Source: Verrucomicrobiota bacterium
Lineage (GTDB): Bacteria > Verrucomicrobiota > Verrucomicrobiia > Opitutales > Seribacteraceae
Assembly (NCBI GenBank): GCA_027622665.1
Contig: JAQBYT010000002.1
Span: forward strand, 128,001 to 192,000
Direction: 5' to 3'
Length of the DNA stretch: 64,000 nucleotides
The position numbers were made by a program, and so were the translations under genes. Shown one piece after another: positions 1 through 9,564 of this stretch (position 1 is the stretch's first letter; each line of letters starts with the position of its first letter). Below the pieces are notes generated by a model that searched no databases, was not told where the DNA came from, and saw only the letters and a list, made by a program, of their open reading frames with translations.

Positions 1-1575
1 AGCAACGGTTCCGGAGGCGACCTCAAAACCGTTGACGTACAATCGTGTTTGATTTTCCCCACGTCGCACCACCGCCGCCACGTGCTGCCAAGTATTCACC
101 CGGATGATACCCGGTTTCGAAGCTACGGTCCCATTGAATTTATTGGTGGGACTGACTGTCTCAATCCGCAACACGCCCTTATCCAGCATATCCAGATACC
201 ATCCGTGAACCAAGTTGTAACGGCCCAGACAAACAATGCCTCCTTGTCGCAATTGGCTCGGGTTCATCCACGCCGCAACGGTAAAATTTCCTTTTCCCAC
301 ATCCATCAGGGGGTTGCGCGGGATCACCACCGCATCATCATGCCCATCCAGAGAAATTGCCTTCCCTCCCTTACCGATCGGTGAATCAAGGTACTGCGCG
401 CCACCCACGAGTTTACCCGTCAATTCCTTGCGCTTGGATTCACTCTGCGTGTCACCGTTTAAACGCCAGGTGCCCACCAATCCCTCCCGTAATTTTGAAG
501 AATCCGCGGTGTCCGACTCCGTTCTCGGCGGGTTTAAGAAAACATCCACCTGGTAGATGCCCGCCTCCGGGATTTGTACGGTGTGTGGCTTGGCTAAATT
601 TTTTAACACCTCCTGACCGGGAACCGCTTTGGCTATAGCTAATCCGGGTTTGATCAGAAAATGCTCTCCATACCCATCGGTTGGCGGCTCATTGCGTAAG
701 GTTAACTTGATCCGGAATCTGCCCTTGCTCCTGTTTTCACGCAGGAACATTCGGTATTCGTGCTTGGGTGGTATCGGGATCTCGAAATCATCACCGATCC
801 ACTTTGGCCCTTCGTACAACCGCCGATGCCCCAGGTAAAGATAGTTGTCACCCGCCCAGTGGCATTTTTCCCAATCATTACCAGCGATGCGAAACACATC
901 CGGCCGAACTGGTTTGAGAGGAGGCATCGCCCGTTCAATGATCTGTTCAAGTGCATCGGTATAGAGTTTGAGGTATGAACCCGAAAGATCGAGTTCCGCC
1001 TGCCGGGAAAAACCGTGCTTGTCGATTGGGTCACCAATAAGCTGGTCCGCAATATGCTCATGAGTTTTTAATAAATCCTGGAGACTATGTGCGATCTGAT
1101 TATTAGTCAGGCGCGTCAATGGATCCCGCAACCCCTTCGCATTCACCTCGTACCTCGTTAATACTCCAATTGCCTCAGCAAGAAACGCCCGGCGTTCATT
1201 CGCCGCGGGCTGTCGCTTGGCTTCTTCGGGCGGCATATCGCCCCGCTGGATGTGATGCATGACCTCTTTCCACAGTTCGTGATTGTCGTCAGTCACACGC
1301 AAGGCAAGCTGATCCAGCCGAACATCGCCCTTGTGCTTTTTTGGCCCGTGACACTCGACGCAGTAACTTTGGAAAAAAAACTTTTCGACTGGCGTTTTCG
1401 CCCGTGTTTGCTCTGGAACCGCCTGTTCCTCGCGGGCATCCGCGGCCTTGGATGCCACCGGTGCCTGGCCCAGGGTCAATCCGATTGTGCCAACAAGGAC
1501 CAGCAAAGAAATGAAAAGTTGTATGCTACTTCTTCCGTAGTTTTTGAATATAGGGTCAAGTCTCGGGTTCTTCAT
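1..1575 (-). CDS. DUF1592-type planctomycete cytochrome c protein with LamG-like insert (partial; runs off the left edge)
   Basis: Absent from the ORF track; translated by hand from ATG 1575 and open to base 1. Hydrophobic N-terminal segment, YCVECHGPKKHKGDVRLD...WKEVMHHIQRGDMPP (PSCyt1 heme motif), TRLTNNQIAHSLQDLL (DUF1587-like), then GNFTVAAWMNP...WQHVAAVV...LYVNG (LamG/concanavalin-like). Confidence 0.85.
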   Translation of the reverse strand, partial: MKNPRLDPIFKNYGRSSIQLFISLLVLVGTIGLTLGQAPVASKAADAREEQAVPEQTRAKTPVEKFFFQSYCVECHGPKKHKGDVRLDQLALRVTDDNHELWKEVMHHIQRGDMPPEEAKRQPAANERRAFLAEAIGVLTRYEVNAKGLRDPLTRLTNNQIAHSLQDLLKTHEHIADQLIGDPIDKHGFSRQAELDLSGSYLKLYTDALEQIIERAMPPLKPVRPDVFRIAGNDWEKCHWAGDNYLYLGHRRLYEGPKWIGDDFEIPIPPKHEYRMFLRENRSKGRFRIKLTLRNEPPTDGYGEHFLIKPGLAIAKAVPGQEVLKNLAKPHTVQIPEAGIYQVDVFLNPPRTESDTADSSKLREGLVGTWRLNGDTQSESKRKELTGKLVGGAQYLDSPIGKGGKAISLDGHDDAVVIPRNPLMDVGKGNFTVAAWMNPSQLRQGGIVCLGRYNLVHGWYLDMLDKGVLRIETVSPTNKFNGTVASKPGIIRVNTWQHVAAVVRRGENQTRLYVNGFEVASGTVA

Positions 1576-1631
1576 AGGCACTTGGGCAGCACCTGATTTT
1601 CGATCCCGAGCCGAGTTCTTTACGATCATCT

Positions 1632-3002
1632 TCACAACAGGATATCCTCGATGACATGTCCGTGTACGTCGGTCAGTCGAATGTCACGGCCGCTGAAGCG
1701 GTAGGTCAACTCCTCGTGGTCGATCCCGAGCAGGTGCAGCATGGTGGCGTGGAGGTCGTGTATTTGTAATGGCTTATCCACCGCCTTGTAGCCCCAGTCG
1801 TCGGTTGCTCCATAGGTCACGCCGGGCTTGATCCCGCCCCCGGCCATCCAGAGGCTGAATCCGTATTGGTTGTGATCCCGGCCTTTGCCCCCTTGGGCGA
1901 AGGGGGTGCGTCCGAATTCCCCGGACCATACGACCAGGGTTTCATCCAGCAGGCCGCGTGACTTCAAATCGCGGATCAGGCCGGCGATCGGTTGGTCTAC
2001 CGCGCGTGCGTTTGCACTGTGGTTTGTCACCAGGTCACTGTGTGCATCCCAACGCTCCGGTCTCGCCACCGGGATAGTCAACTCGACGAAGCGTACATCC
2101 CGCTCGATTAATCGCCGGGCGAGCAGGCATTCCCGCGCATAAGTCTGTGTGTGCTTGTCTTTGGCATCGAAGCCATAAAGCTTTTTGGTGGCTTCGGTTT
2201 CGCCGTCCAGAGACATGACCTCAGGAATGGCCAGTTGCATCCGGGCCGCTAGTTCGTGGTTGGCAATCGCCGATTCGAGGGCATCGACACCCCCGGCCGT
2301 GTCCCGATTCAGTTTCTGGGCCAGACGCCGCTTAATCTCCTGGGCCCGGCCGGATTTCTCGTTCGGCTTCACATTGGCCAGCGGGGTTCCGATGACGTTC
2401 AACAGGTTGCCGCGGTGGGTCGCAGGCAGAAAGCCATTGGCAAAATTATCTAGTCCACCGGCGGGTATGTGGCCGCCGTTAAGCACAAGGTAGCCGGGGA
2501 GGTTTTCGTTCTCGCTGCCCAGCCCGTAGGTCGCCCATGCGCCCATGCTCGGCCGGCCCTGCAGGCCTAATCCGCTGTGCATGTAGTAACAGGCGGTGGC
2601 GTGCTCGGGGAAATTGGAGGTCATCGATCGAATGATTGCCAACTCATCGGCCAGTTCGGCCATGTGAGGAAACAGGTCGCTGATCCAGGCCCCGCATTTT
2701 CCGCGTTGCTTGAACGCCCAGGGAGACTTCATCACCTTTCCTACGTTCCCGAACTGGGTGGCCTCAATCTTGCCGATGATCTTACGCGGATCCTCCCCGT
2801 GATACTTGGCCAGCATCGGCTTGTAATCGAAGGAGTCGACCTGCGAAACTCCGCCTTCCATGAACAGAAAGATCACATTCTTTGAGCGCGGTCGGTAATG
2901 CGGAATCACCGGTGCTCCGTACAAGCCGGCCAAGGCCAGGCCGCCGAAGCCGAGCGAGGCCTTCTGCAGAAAATCGCGGCGGGGGATGAAGGGATGATTC
3001 AT
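1632..3002 (-). CDS. DUF1501 family protein, Tat-exported
   Basis: MNHPFIPRRDFL Tat motif; VIFLFMEGGVSQVDSFD, WDAH, GEFGRTP, GRDH and HDLHATMLHLLGID motifs. The start at 3002 overlaps the upstream stop (ATGA). Confidence 0.9.
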   Translation of the reverse strand: MNHPFIPRRDFLQKASLGFGGLALAGLYGAPVIPHYRPRSKNVIFLFMEGGVSQVDSFDYKPMLAKYHGEDPRKIIGKIEATQFGNVGKVMKSPWAFKQRGKCGAWISDLFPHMAELADELAIIRSMTSNFPEHATACYYMHSGLGLQGRPSMGAWATYGLGSENENLPGYLVLNGGHIPAGGLDNFANGFLPATHRGNLLNVIGTPLANVKPNEKSGRAQEIKRRLAQKLNRDTAGGVDALESAIANHELAARMQLAIPEVMSLDGETEATKKLYGFDAKDKHTQTYARECLLARRLIERDVRFVELTIPVARPERWDAHSDLVTNHSANARAVDQPIAGLIRDLKSRGLLDETLVVWSGEFGRTPFAQGGKGRDHNQYGFSLWMAGGGIKPGVTYGATDDWGYKAVDKPLQIHDLHATMLHLLGIDHEELTYRFSGRDIRLTDVHGHVIEDILL

Positions 3003-6000
3003 TTCAGGTAGATAAAATCCGTCATGCTGTAAAACGAATGGCAGAGATCCCGCCAAGCCTCATAATCATTGGGATCTTCCCCATACAATTCGGTAAACGC
3101 AGTAAGGGCCTCTAGGCAGGCCGCCAATTCGCCATCGCTGGGCGGGCGGGCAAAGGCCTCGGCGTACATCCGCCGGATGCGTTCCGGCGCAGACGTCTGC
3201 TCCTTCATGATCCGGCTCGCCCAGACGCCACTCTGCCCATAGAAAAAGCGGTCATTCATCAAGGCCAGAGACTGACCGGCAACGTTGGTGATATCCCGTT
3301 TGCCCATGGTGGTGAAGGGCGCAGGGAAATCGAAGGTCAACATGAGGGTAGGGATGAAATTACGACGGAGCGCGGTATAGATGGATCGTCGACCGGCGCC
3401 ATCCAGAGGTCCGCTTTTCGTGGGACTGCCGCGACCAACGACAAATTCGGTCAGGTGAACCAGGACCGACTTCCCTCCAACCTTTCGGTCCAGTCGGCCC
3501 GAAATGGCGAGCGCCGAGTCGCGAATCGCTTCCGCTTCGAGCCGCCGCACCGGCATGCGGTGCAGCCATCGATTGTCCGGATCCTGATCCGCGTAGACCG
3601 GATCGGCCGCGGTGTTCGACATCCCGAAGGTCCGAGTCAGCACAATTCGTTCAATGAGCGATTTGATCGAGTACGCATGGGTCTCCGCGAACTCGACGGC
3701 CAGGTAATCGAGCAATTCCGGATGACTCGGTCGCTGGCCCAGCCAGCCGAAGTTGTCCGGCGTGGGCACGATCCCGCGACCGAAGAGCTGATGCCAGATC
3801 CGGTTGACCATGACCCGGGAGGTCAGTGGATGATCCTTTGCCGTGAGCTGCCGGGCGAGCTCCAGGCGTCCGGGGCTTCGGTTTTGCAATGGAGCCATGG
3901 CGAGAAGTTCGGGCAGGTTTCGACCGACGCGTTCCCCGGGTGATTGAGGACTGCCCCGGTCGAGGACGTGTTCATCCACCCCGGTGCCTCCCCACCAGCT
4001 AACCGCCAGCCGTGAATCCCATCGCGCTTCTTTCCCCAGGCCCTCGAGGGCCGATTGCCAGGCCATTAACACCGCGTCGGGAAGCTTCACTTTCCCAAGT
4101 TTGAGCAACCAGGCTATATGGGGTACGTGCCGTGCTTCCAGCCTGCCGTCATTCAGGTCATCTAGCGCCCTGTGCAATTCCTTGCGGGACACCGCCTTCT
4201 TCTCTCCCAGCTCCTGCTTCGGGGTTCCTCCATCGATTACTTGAAGGAGCTCGAAAGGCGCATCTCCGACCGGAGAAATTTCGAAGTGAACGCGCTGACC
4301 CACATAACGCTTGAGATTGTGCCCGATCCACTGTGGTGCGTCGCCTTTCGCCTCCACCGTTTTGGCCAGGGTTCCGTGCAGGGGGCCGGCAAAAAGGTTT
4401 TGACTGACCGCGGCATACACTACCGCCTTTCCCCTGATCAGGTAGTAAACTTGACCCGAGGCTAGGGTAACGGTCGGGGTGCGAATGGTTTTACCTGCTC
4501 GCGACAAACCATTCAGCAATCCTCCGGGATCGTTTTCACTGTCGATGTTCTTGAGCCTGCTCCAGAAGGCATCACGGATCGCGCCTCCGTTGCGGGACAG
4601 TGCGAGTGGTTGATCGCCTGTGACCAGCATCAACTGGCCCGGCAGAGCCGGCGACTGCCCAAAGGTTGGTCCGTCCACCAGCCAGGGTGTATGTCTCTGG
4701 ATATAATCGGCCACCATTTGGTGCTTCCCTTCCACGGGATAAATAGGCGACGTCACAAGCTCGAGCCTGACAAGAGCGGCCTGTTCATTGAGTGTCTTCA
4801 GGTTCGCACCCGGGAAAAAATGCCAGGCATTGGCGAGGGAAATGGTTTCCTTCCCCAACTGCAGAACGAGCTGCTCCGGTTTGCCGGCAATGCCTCCGGG
4901 AGAGCCATGGTCCATGACGCGAACGGCAATCGTGTTCTTGCCCGCTTTCAATAGACCCGTGGGAACGGGATACTTCCGTACCGTGTAATGGTGGCCGGGA
5001 TTCTCGTAGCCTCCTACCCTCGAGCCATTGACCCAGGTGACGTCCATGTCATCGATTTGACCGAGGTTCAGGACTGCCTTGGACTTGGCCTGCCCAGCAG
5101 ACAATTCGATGGTTTTTCGAAACCACACCACGCCATCGTGGCCGGGCAACCCGGCGTTTTCAAAATGACCGGGCAGTTTCATGGTTTTCCACTTGGCGTG
5201 ATCAAAGGAAAGCTTGGCCCAAGCTTCGCCTTGGGAACCCGGATCCACGGCCATGATCAGTCTCGTCCAACGGGGCAATGGTGTAGAGATCGGCTCGACG
5301 GGCACATCGTAGTCCAGTGCATCGACCACGGGCCGCGCGGCAGCGGCAAAGGCTTTCGCGATCTTCGGCAGGTAGTCCCGGCGCAATCCTTCCAGTTTCT
5401 TCGCAACCGCTTTGTTCTGTTCCATCGATTCAAACCGTGCCTGTCGGTAACTGGAACTGAGGACAAAGCCCGCCATTGCATAGTAGTCGCGCTGGCGTAT
5501 GGCATCGAACTTGTGGTCATGGCAACGGGCACAGGCCACGGTCAAGCCGAGAAAGGTCTTGCTCATCACATCGATTTTGTTTTCGAGTTGCTCGCATTCG
5601 TCCTTACGTAGATTCACCGGGGCGTGATTTAGCTCTCCAAAGAAGGGCCAACCGGTGGCAAGGATGGATTCGTTGGCTCCAGTTTCGGGATGCAGTCGAG
5701 GGCTTTCCAACAGGTCGCCTGCGAGATGTTCGATGACCAGGGCATCATAGGGAAGATCCGAGTTGAACGCGCGTATCAGGTAGTCGCGATACCGGTAGGC
5801 ATTGGGCAAAATGTCATCCGCCTCATGTCCCCGCGATTCCGCATAGCGCACTAGGTCCATCCAATGACGTGCCCAGCGCTCCCCGTAGTGTGGAGAATCC
5901 AAGAGGGCGCGTACAAGGGTGCGTTTGCGATTCTTGGACGTATCGTTGAGGAAGGCCTGGACATCCTTCGGCTTCGGCGGCAACCCGGTGATAGCGAAGT

Positions 6001-6253
6001 ATACGCGCCGTATCCACAGCCGGTCATTGGCCTGTTCAGCCGGGTGCAGCTTTTCAGCTTCCAACTTCCGGAGCACAAAGCGATCAACCGCATCCGCCGG
6101 CCAGACCGCGTCCTTTACCTGGGGCGGCTCAACCTGCCGGGGCGATTGCCAGATCCAGGGCAAGCGGTCGCGGAACTTTTCGAAGTCGAACTTTTGGCCT
6201 GCGTAGGTTGCACTTGCCGTGATGCAGCACGCGAGGAGAATTCGGTTCATCAT
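2999..6253 (-). CDS. DUF1549/DUF1553 (PSCyt2/PSD1) heme-motif protein with inserted galactose-binding-like domain
   Basis: YGERWARHWMDLVRYAES, LGLTVACARCHDHKFD, RVMVNRIWHQLFGRIV-like segment and RRLEAEAIRD motifs; internal DGVVWFRK...LGQIDDMDVTWVNG...GKNTIAVRV insert. Confidence 0.9.
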   Translation of the reverse strand: MMNRILLACCITASATYAGQKFDFEKFRDRLPWIWQSPRQVEPPQVKDAVWPADAVDRFVLRKLEAEKLHPAEQANDRLWIRRVYFAITGLPPKPKDVQAFLNDTSKNRKRTLVRALLDSPHYGERWARHWMDLVRYAESRGHEADDILPNAYRYRDYLIRAFNSDLPYDALVIEHLAGDLLESPRLHPETGANESILATGWPFFGELNHAPVNLRKDECEQLENKIDVMSKTFLGLTVACARCHDHKFDAIRQRDYYAMAGFVLSSSYRQARFESMEQNKAVAKKLEGLRRDYLPKIAKAFAAAARPVVDALDYDVPVEPISTPLPRWTRLIMAVDPGSQGEAWAKLSFDHAKWKTMKLPGHFENAGLPGHDGVVWFRKTIELSAGQAKSKAVLNLGQIDDMDVTWVNGSRVGGYENPGHHYTVRKYPVPTGLLKAGKNTIAVRVMDHGSPGGIAGKPEQLVLQLGKETISLANAWHFFPGANLKTLNEQAALVRLELVTSPIYPVEGKHQMVADYIQRHTPWLVDGPTFGQSPALPGQLMLVTGDQPLALSRNGGAIRDAFWSRLKNIDSENDPGGLLNGLSRAGKTIRTPTVTLASGQVYYLIRGKAVVYAAVSQNLFAGPLHGTLAKTVEAKGDAPQWIGHNLKRYVGQRVHFEISPVGDAPFELLQVIDGGTPKQELGEKKAVSRKELHRALDDLNDGRLEARHVPHIAWLLKLGKVKLPDAVLMAWQSALEGLGKEARWDSRLAVSWWGGTGVDEHVLDRGSPQSPGERVGRNLPELLAMAPLQNRSPGRLELARQLTAKDHPLTSRVMVNRIWHQLFGRGIVPTPDNFGWLGQRPSHPELLDYLAVEFAETHAYSIKSLIERIVLTRTFGMSNTAADPVYADQDPDNRWLHRMPVRRLEAEAIRDSALAISGRLDRKVGGKSVLVHLTEFVVGRGSPTKSGPLDGAGRRSIYTALRRNFIPTLMLTFDFPAPFTTMGKRDITNVAGQSLALMNDRFFYGQSGVWASRIMKEQTSAPERIRRMYAEAFARPPSDGELAACLEALTAFTELYGEDPNDYEAWRDLCHSFYSMTDFIYLK

Positions 6254-6537
6254 TTCCTCAGCCCGGCGAGTTGAGGGAATCCCTCGAGGATGGATTTGGA
6301 CACGGTGTTGGGCCAGCCTTGATCGGGTTGGCGTAGGTCGTGGGTAGTGCGGGCTGCATGGATGGCTAATATGGGAAGTCCGTCGGCCGGTTTATTCACT
6401 TTTTCGGGCCATGGTCTCTTGCCAAAGCTTCCAGTGAAATCGCCGGGCAATTCAGTGATGGCATTTTTCTCACCGAATGAATCCGTATTCAGAATGGCAA
6501 CTGCCAGTACTGCTATTCCGAGCAAATTCGCTTTCAT
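6250..6537 (-). pseudogene. Short chimeric ORF: signal-peptide N-terminus joined to a sulfatase C-terminal tail (probable deletion remnant)
   Basis: C-terminal AIHAARTTHDLRQPDQGWPNTVSKSILEGFPQL resembles the C-terminus of the sulfatase at 37489-39057 (AFRAGRTTPGEKQTNEGWPYRDGATQKAFPQL). Confidence 0.6.
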
Positions 6538-6715
6538 GCCTGATGATGGTAAGTCGATCCAGTAATTGCAAGAAAGGTTGCATGCTAGGGAAAGGTTGGA
6601 TGTTTCGGGATTCGAGTACGGAGGCAAGCCCGATCATTTGGGCCTCGTTTGTAAATTCTTCATGCTCGGGCAATTCGGGTTTGAGCAGGAGCAGTAATAT
6701 GCTACCTTGATTTTA

Positions 6716-8026
6716 ATGAATCGTAGGGAATTTTTCAAGATGGGTGGACTTACCCTTGGAGCCATATCTCCCCTGGGACTTTCGTTACCTGAAGTCTTGG
6801 CTAGCGAAGCATCCGGTTCGGGCAAGCAAATCAACGTCATTTTCATGTTTCTGCAAGGTGGGGCCAGTCAGCTCGACATGTACGACCTGAAACCCGATTC
6901 CCCGATTGAAATTCGTGGCAAGTATCATCCGATTTCAACCAATGTTCCTGGTATGCAGTTGAGCGACCAGTTGCCCAAGCTCTCCAAATGCGCCGACAAG
7001 TTTTCACTTATCCGCTCGATGCATTCTTTTGCGAACGATCATGGTGCGGGCGACGTCGACATCATGTGTGGGAGTCCTCGAGACAAAAACATGCAAGCTC
7101 CGGGTATTGGCGCGGTACTTTCTCGGCAGAAGAAACAGTTGGCCCCCGTTCCTCCCTTCGTACACTTGGGCGACATGAAGCACCCGAGGCATAGCGCCCC
7201 AGGCTATGGTGGGTACCTTGGGCATGCCTATGATCCTTTTCTCATTACTCAGGATGCAAATTCACCTAGCTTTTCGGTTAATACTTTTGATACGCCGGAA
7301 AACGTCGACCTTGCTCGCTTAGGGGGTAGGAAAAGTTTGCTTCGCTCTTTGGACCTTTTTCAATCCGATCAAGAAAACAAGTTTGAGTTCGCTCGAACCC
7401 ACGACGTTTTTACCGAAAAGGCTCTTGGCCTAGCCACTTCGCCCAAGGCAAAGAATGCTTTCGACCTGTCGAAGGAACCGGCGAAGCTTCGCGATGGCTA
7501 TGGTCGCAACAAAGTGGGGCAGGGGATGCTCTTGGCCCGGCGACTTGTCGAGGCAGGCGTCCGTTTCGTAACGATTCAGGGTTACGTCGACACTGGAATC
7601 TATGCATGGGACCACCATTGGGGTATTTTCCCGCATCTGGAGAAGCAGCTGCCCATTTACGATGCCAGTTATTCCGCCCTCCTGAACGATCTCGACGATC
7701 GCGGTATGCTCGACACGACGTTGGTGATCACTGCCGGTGAATTCGGACGTACTCCCAAGCTCAATCAAGACAAGCGTGGTCCGGGTCGTGATCATTGGTC
7801 GAATTGCTTCAGCCTGACCATGGGTGGCGGCGGCGTTAAGACCGGGATGGTCATCGGGGCTAGCGACAAGTATGCTGCCACTCCCACGGAGCGACCCGTT
7901 TCGGTCGCTGACTTCGCTGCGACCGTATACCATGTCCTCGGGCTCGACCCCACGACTGAGGTGGTGGCCAAGGGCAGACGGATGAAGATGCTTCCCGAAG
8001 GTTCTCCGGTTAGAGAACTTCTTTAG
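6716..8026 (+). CDS. DUF1501 family protein, Tat-exported
   Basis: MNRREFFK Tat motif; FLQGGASQLDMYDLKP, ARRLVEAGVRFV, WDHH, GEFGRTP and GRDHW motifs. Confidence 0.9.
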   Translation: MNRREFFKMGGLTLGAISPLGLSLPEVLASEASGSGKQINVIFMFLQGGASQLDMYDLKPDSPIEIRGKYHPISTNVPGMQLSDQLPKLSKCADKFSLIRSMHSFANDHGAGDVDIMCGSPRDKNMQAPGIGAVLSRQKKQLAPVPPFVHLGDMKHPRHSAPGYGGYLGHAYDPFLITQDANSPSFSVNTFDTPENVDLARLGGRKSLLRSLDLFQSDQENKFEFARTHDVFTEKALGLATSPKAKNAFDLSKEPAKLRDGYGRNKVGQGMLLARRLVEAGVRFVTIQGYVDTGIYAWDHHWGIFPHLEKQLPIYDASYSALLNDLDDRGMLDTTLVITAGEFGRTPKLNQDKRGPGRDHWSNCFSLTMGGGGVKTGMVIGASDKYAATPTERPVSVADFAATVYHVLGLDPTTEVVAKGRRMKMLPEGSPVRELL

Positions 8027-8179
8027 TCTCTTGTTGCATTTGCTTGCCGGTTCTAATGGTGTTGTAAAAGAAATTCCATCTAGAACTCTCATTAACAATG
8101 AATCCCCTATTCATTATATCGGTTGCTTCTCGCACCTTCTTGTCATCTTGTAATCAATAATTAGTAGAAAGAAACCATC

Positions 8180-9511
8180 ATGAATGAACATCCAGTTCCC
8201 ACTTCTTCCTCTCGCCGCAATTTCATCAAGACTACTGCGGCGTCAACTGCGATCTTAGGCTTCCCGGCGATTACTCGTTCCAAATCACCAAACGGCAAGC
8301 TTGCCGTTGGCTTGATAGGCGTAGGTGGTCGTGGTCGTAGTCATGTCGCCGCTTGCCGAAACGAACAGGTCGTCGCTCTCTGCGACGTGAACAAGAAAAA
8401 CCTAGATGGGGCTGCACGCTTGCCTTGGTGCAAGGGAGCTCGTACCTACAAGGACTTTCGTGATTTCTACGAGAAAATCGACGACATCGACGCGGTGGTG
8501 GTCTCCACCACGGAACATACCCATGCCTTCGCAACCCTGCCTGCGCTTCAGGCCAAGAAGCATGTCTACTGTGAAAAGCCGCTTACGCGTGACGTTCACG
8601 AGTGCCGTATTATTACCGAGGCGGCCGCCAAGGCCGGGGTGCAGACCCAGATGGGTACTCAGATACATTCCGGTGGAAACTACCGACGTGTGGTGGAACT
8701 CATTCAGTCGGGTGCTATCGGCGAAGTCCGCGAAGCCCATACCTGGGTGAGTCGCGCTTGGGGTTGGAAAAGTCCCGCTGACGATACACCTAAGGAATCT
8801 CAACCTGTGCCGCCCGAACTCGATTGGGACCTGTGGATTGGCCCCGCGCCATTTAGGCCCTTTCATTCGGTTTATTTTCCGGGTCCGAAATGGTACCGCT
8901 GGTGGGACTTTGGAAACGGCACGATGTCGGATCTCGGTAGCCATCGTAACGATCTCCCCTGGTGGGCCTTGAAGCTGGATGCTCCCCTTACCATCGAGCC
9001 ATTGACTGGTCCCAAACCGCACCACGACATCGCACCCGCTTCCATGAGCGTGAAATACACGTTTGCTGCTCGGGGAGACGGTTATCCCGCTGTCGAGCAC
9101 ACTTGGTACCAAGGCACCGAGAAACCTAAGATTTGGCACGATAAAAAGATACCGCAATGGGGTGACGGTACGCTTTTCATCGGTGACAAGGGGATGGTGC
9201 TTTCCGAGTACAGCAAGCATGTCCTTTTGCCCGAAGATAAATTTAAGAACTTTGAGCGTCCCAAGCAATGGATCGAACCTTCTCCCGGTCAGCAGGCTGA
9301 GTGGATTCGTGCCTGTAAAGGCGAGGGTCCCGAGGCTCTTTGCCATTTCGCTTACGCCGGTCCCCTGACCGAGGCCAACCACTTGGGCAACGTGGCCTAC
9401 AGGGCAGGTAAGAAGCTGGAATGGGATGCGAAGAATATGAAGTTCCCCAACGCTCCGGAAGCTGAGAAATATTTGGGACGAACCTACCGCAAGGGTTGGA
9501 GCTTGAGCTAG
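8180..9511 (+). CDS. Gfo/Idh/MocA family oxidoreductase, Tat-exported
   Basis: SRRNFIK; IGVGGRG Rossmann motif; [34 protein letters not shown]. Confidence 0.93.
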   Translation: MNEHPVPTSSSRRNFIKTTAASTAILGFPAITRSKSPNGKLAVGLIGVGGRGRSHVAACRNEQVVALCDVNKKNLDGAARLPWCKGARTYKDFRDFYEKIDDIDAVVVSTTEHTHAFATLPALQAKKHVYCEKPLTRDVHECRIITEAAAKAGVQTQMGTQIHSGGNYRRVVELIQSGAIGEVREAHTWVSRAWGWKSPADDTPKESQPVPPELDWDLWIGPAPFRPFHSVYFPGPKWYRWWDFGNGTMSDLGSHRNDLPWWALKLDAPLTIEPLTGPKPHHDIAPASMSVKYTFAARGDGYPAVEHTWYQGTEKPKIWHDKKIPQWGDGTLFIGDKGMVLSEYSKHVLLPEDKFKNFERPKQWIEPSPGQQAEWIRACKGEGPEALCHFAYAGPLTEANHLGNVAYRAGKKLEWDAKNMKFPNAPEAEKYLGRTYRKGWSLS

Positions 9512-9564
9512 CCCGAGCCTAATCCTGTCAATCTAGCATCAGCGTCCCCACGCTGTCTTTCCCC

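Noticed and set aside
49..1596. Short plus-strand ORFs listed in the track
   Set aside because: Explained by the minus-strand heme-protein gene at 1-1575, which the track omitted because it has no stop in the window.
8097..8115. Inverted repeat AATGAAT-N5-ATTCATT upstream of the Gfo/Idh/MocA gene
   Set aside because: A single short AT-rich instance with no second copy noticed; too weak to call.
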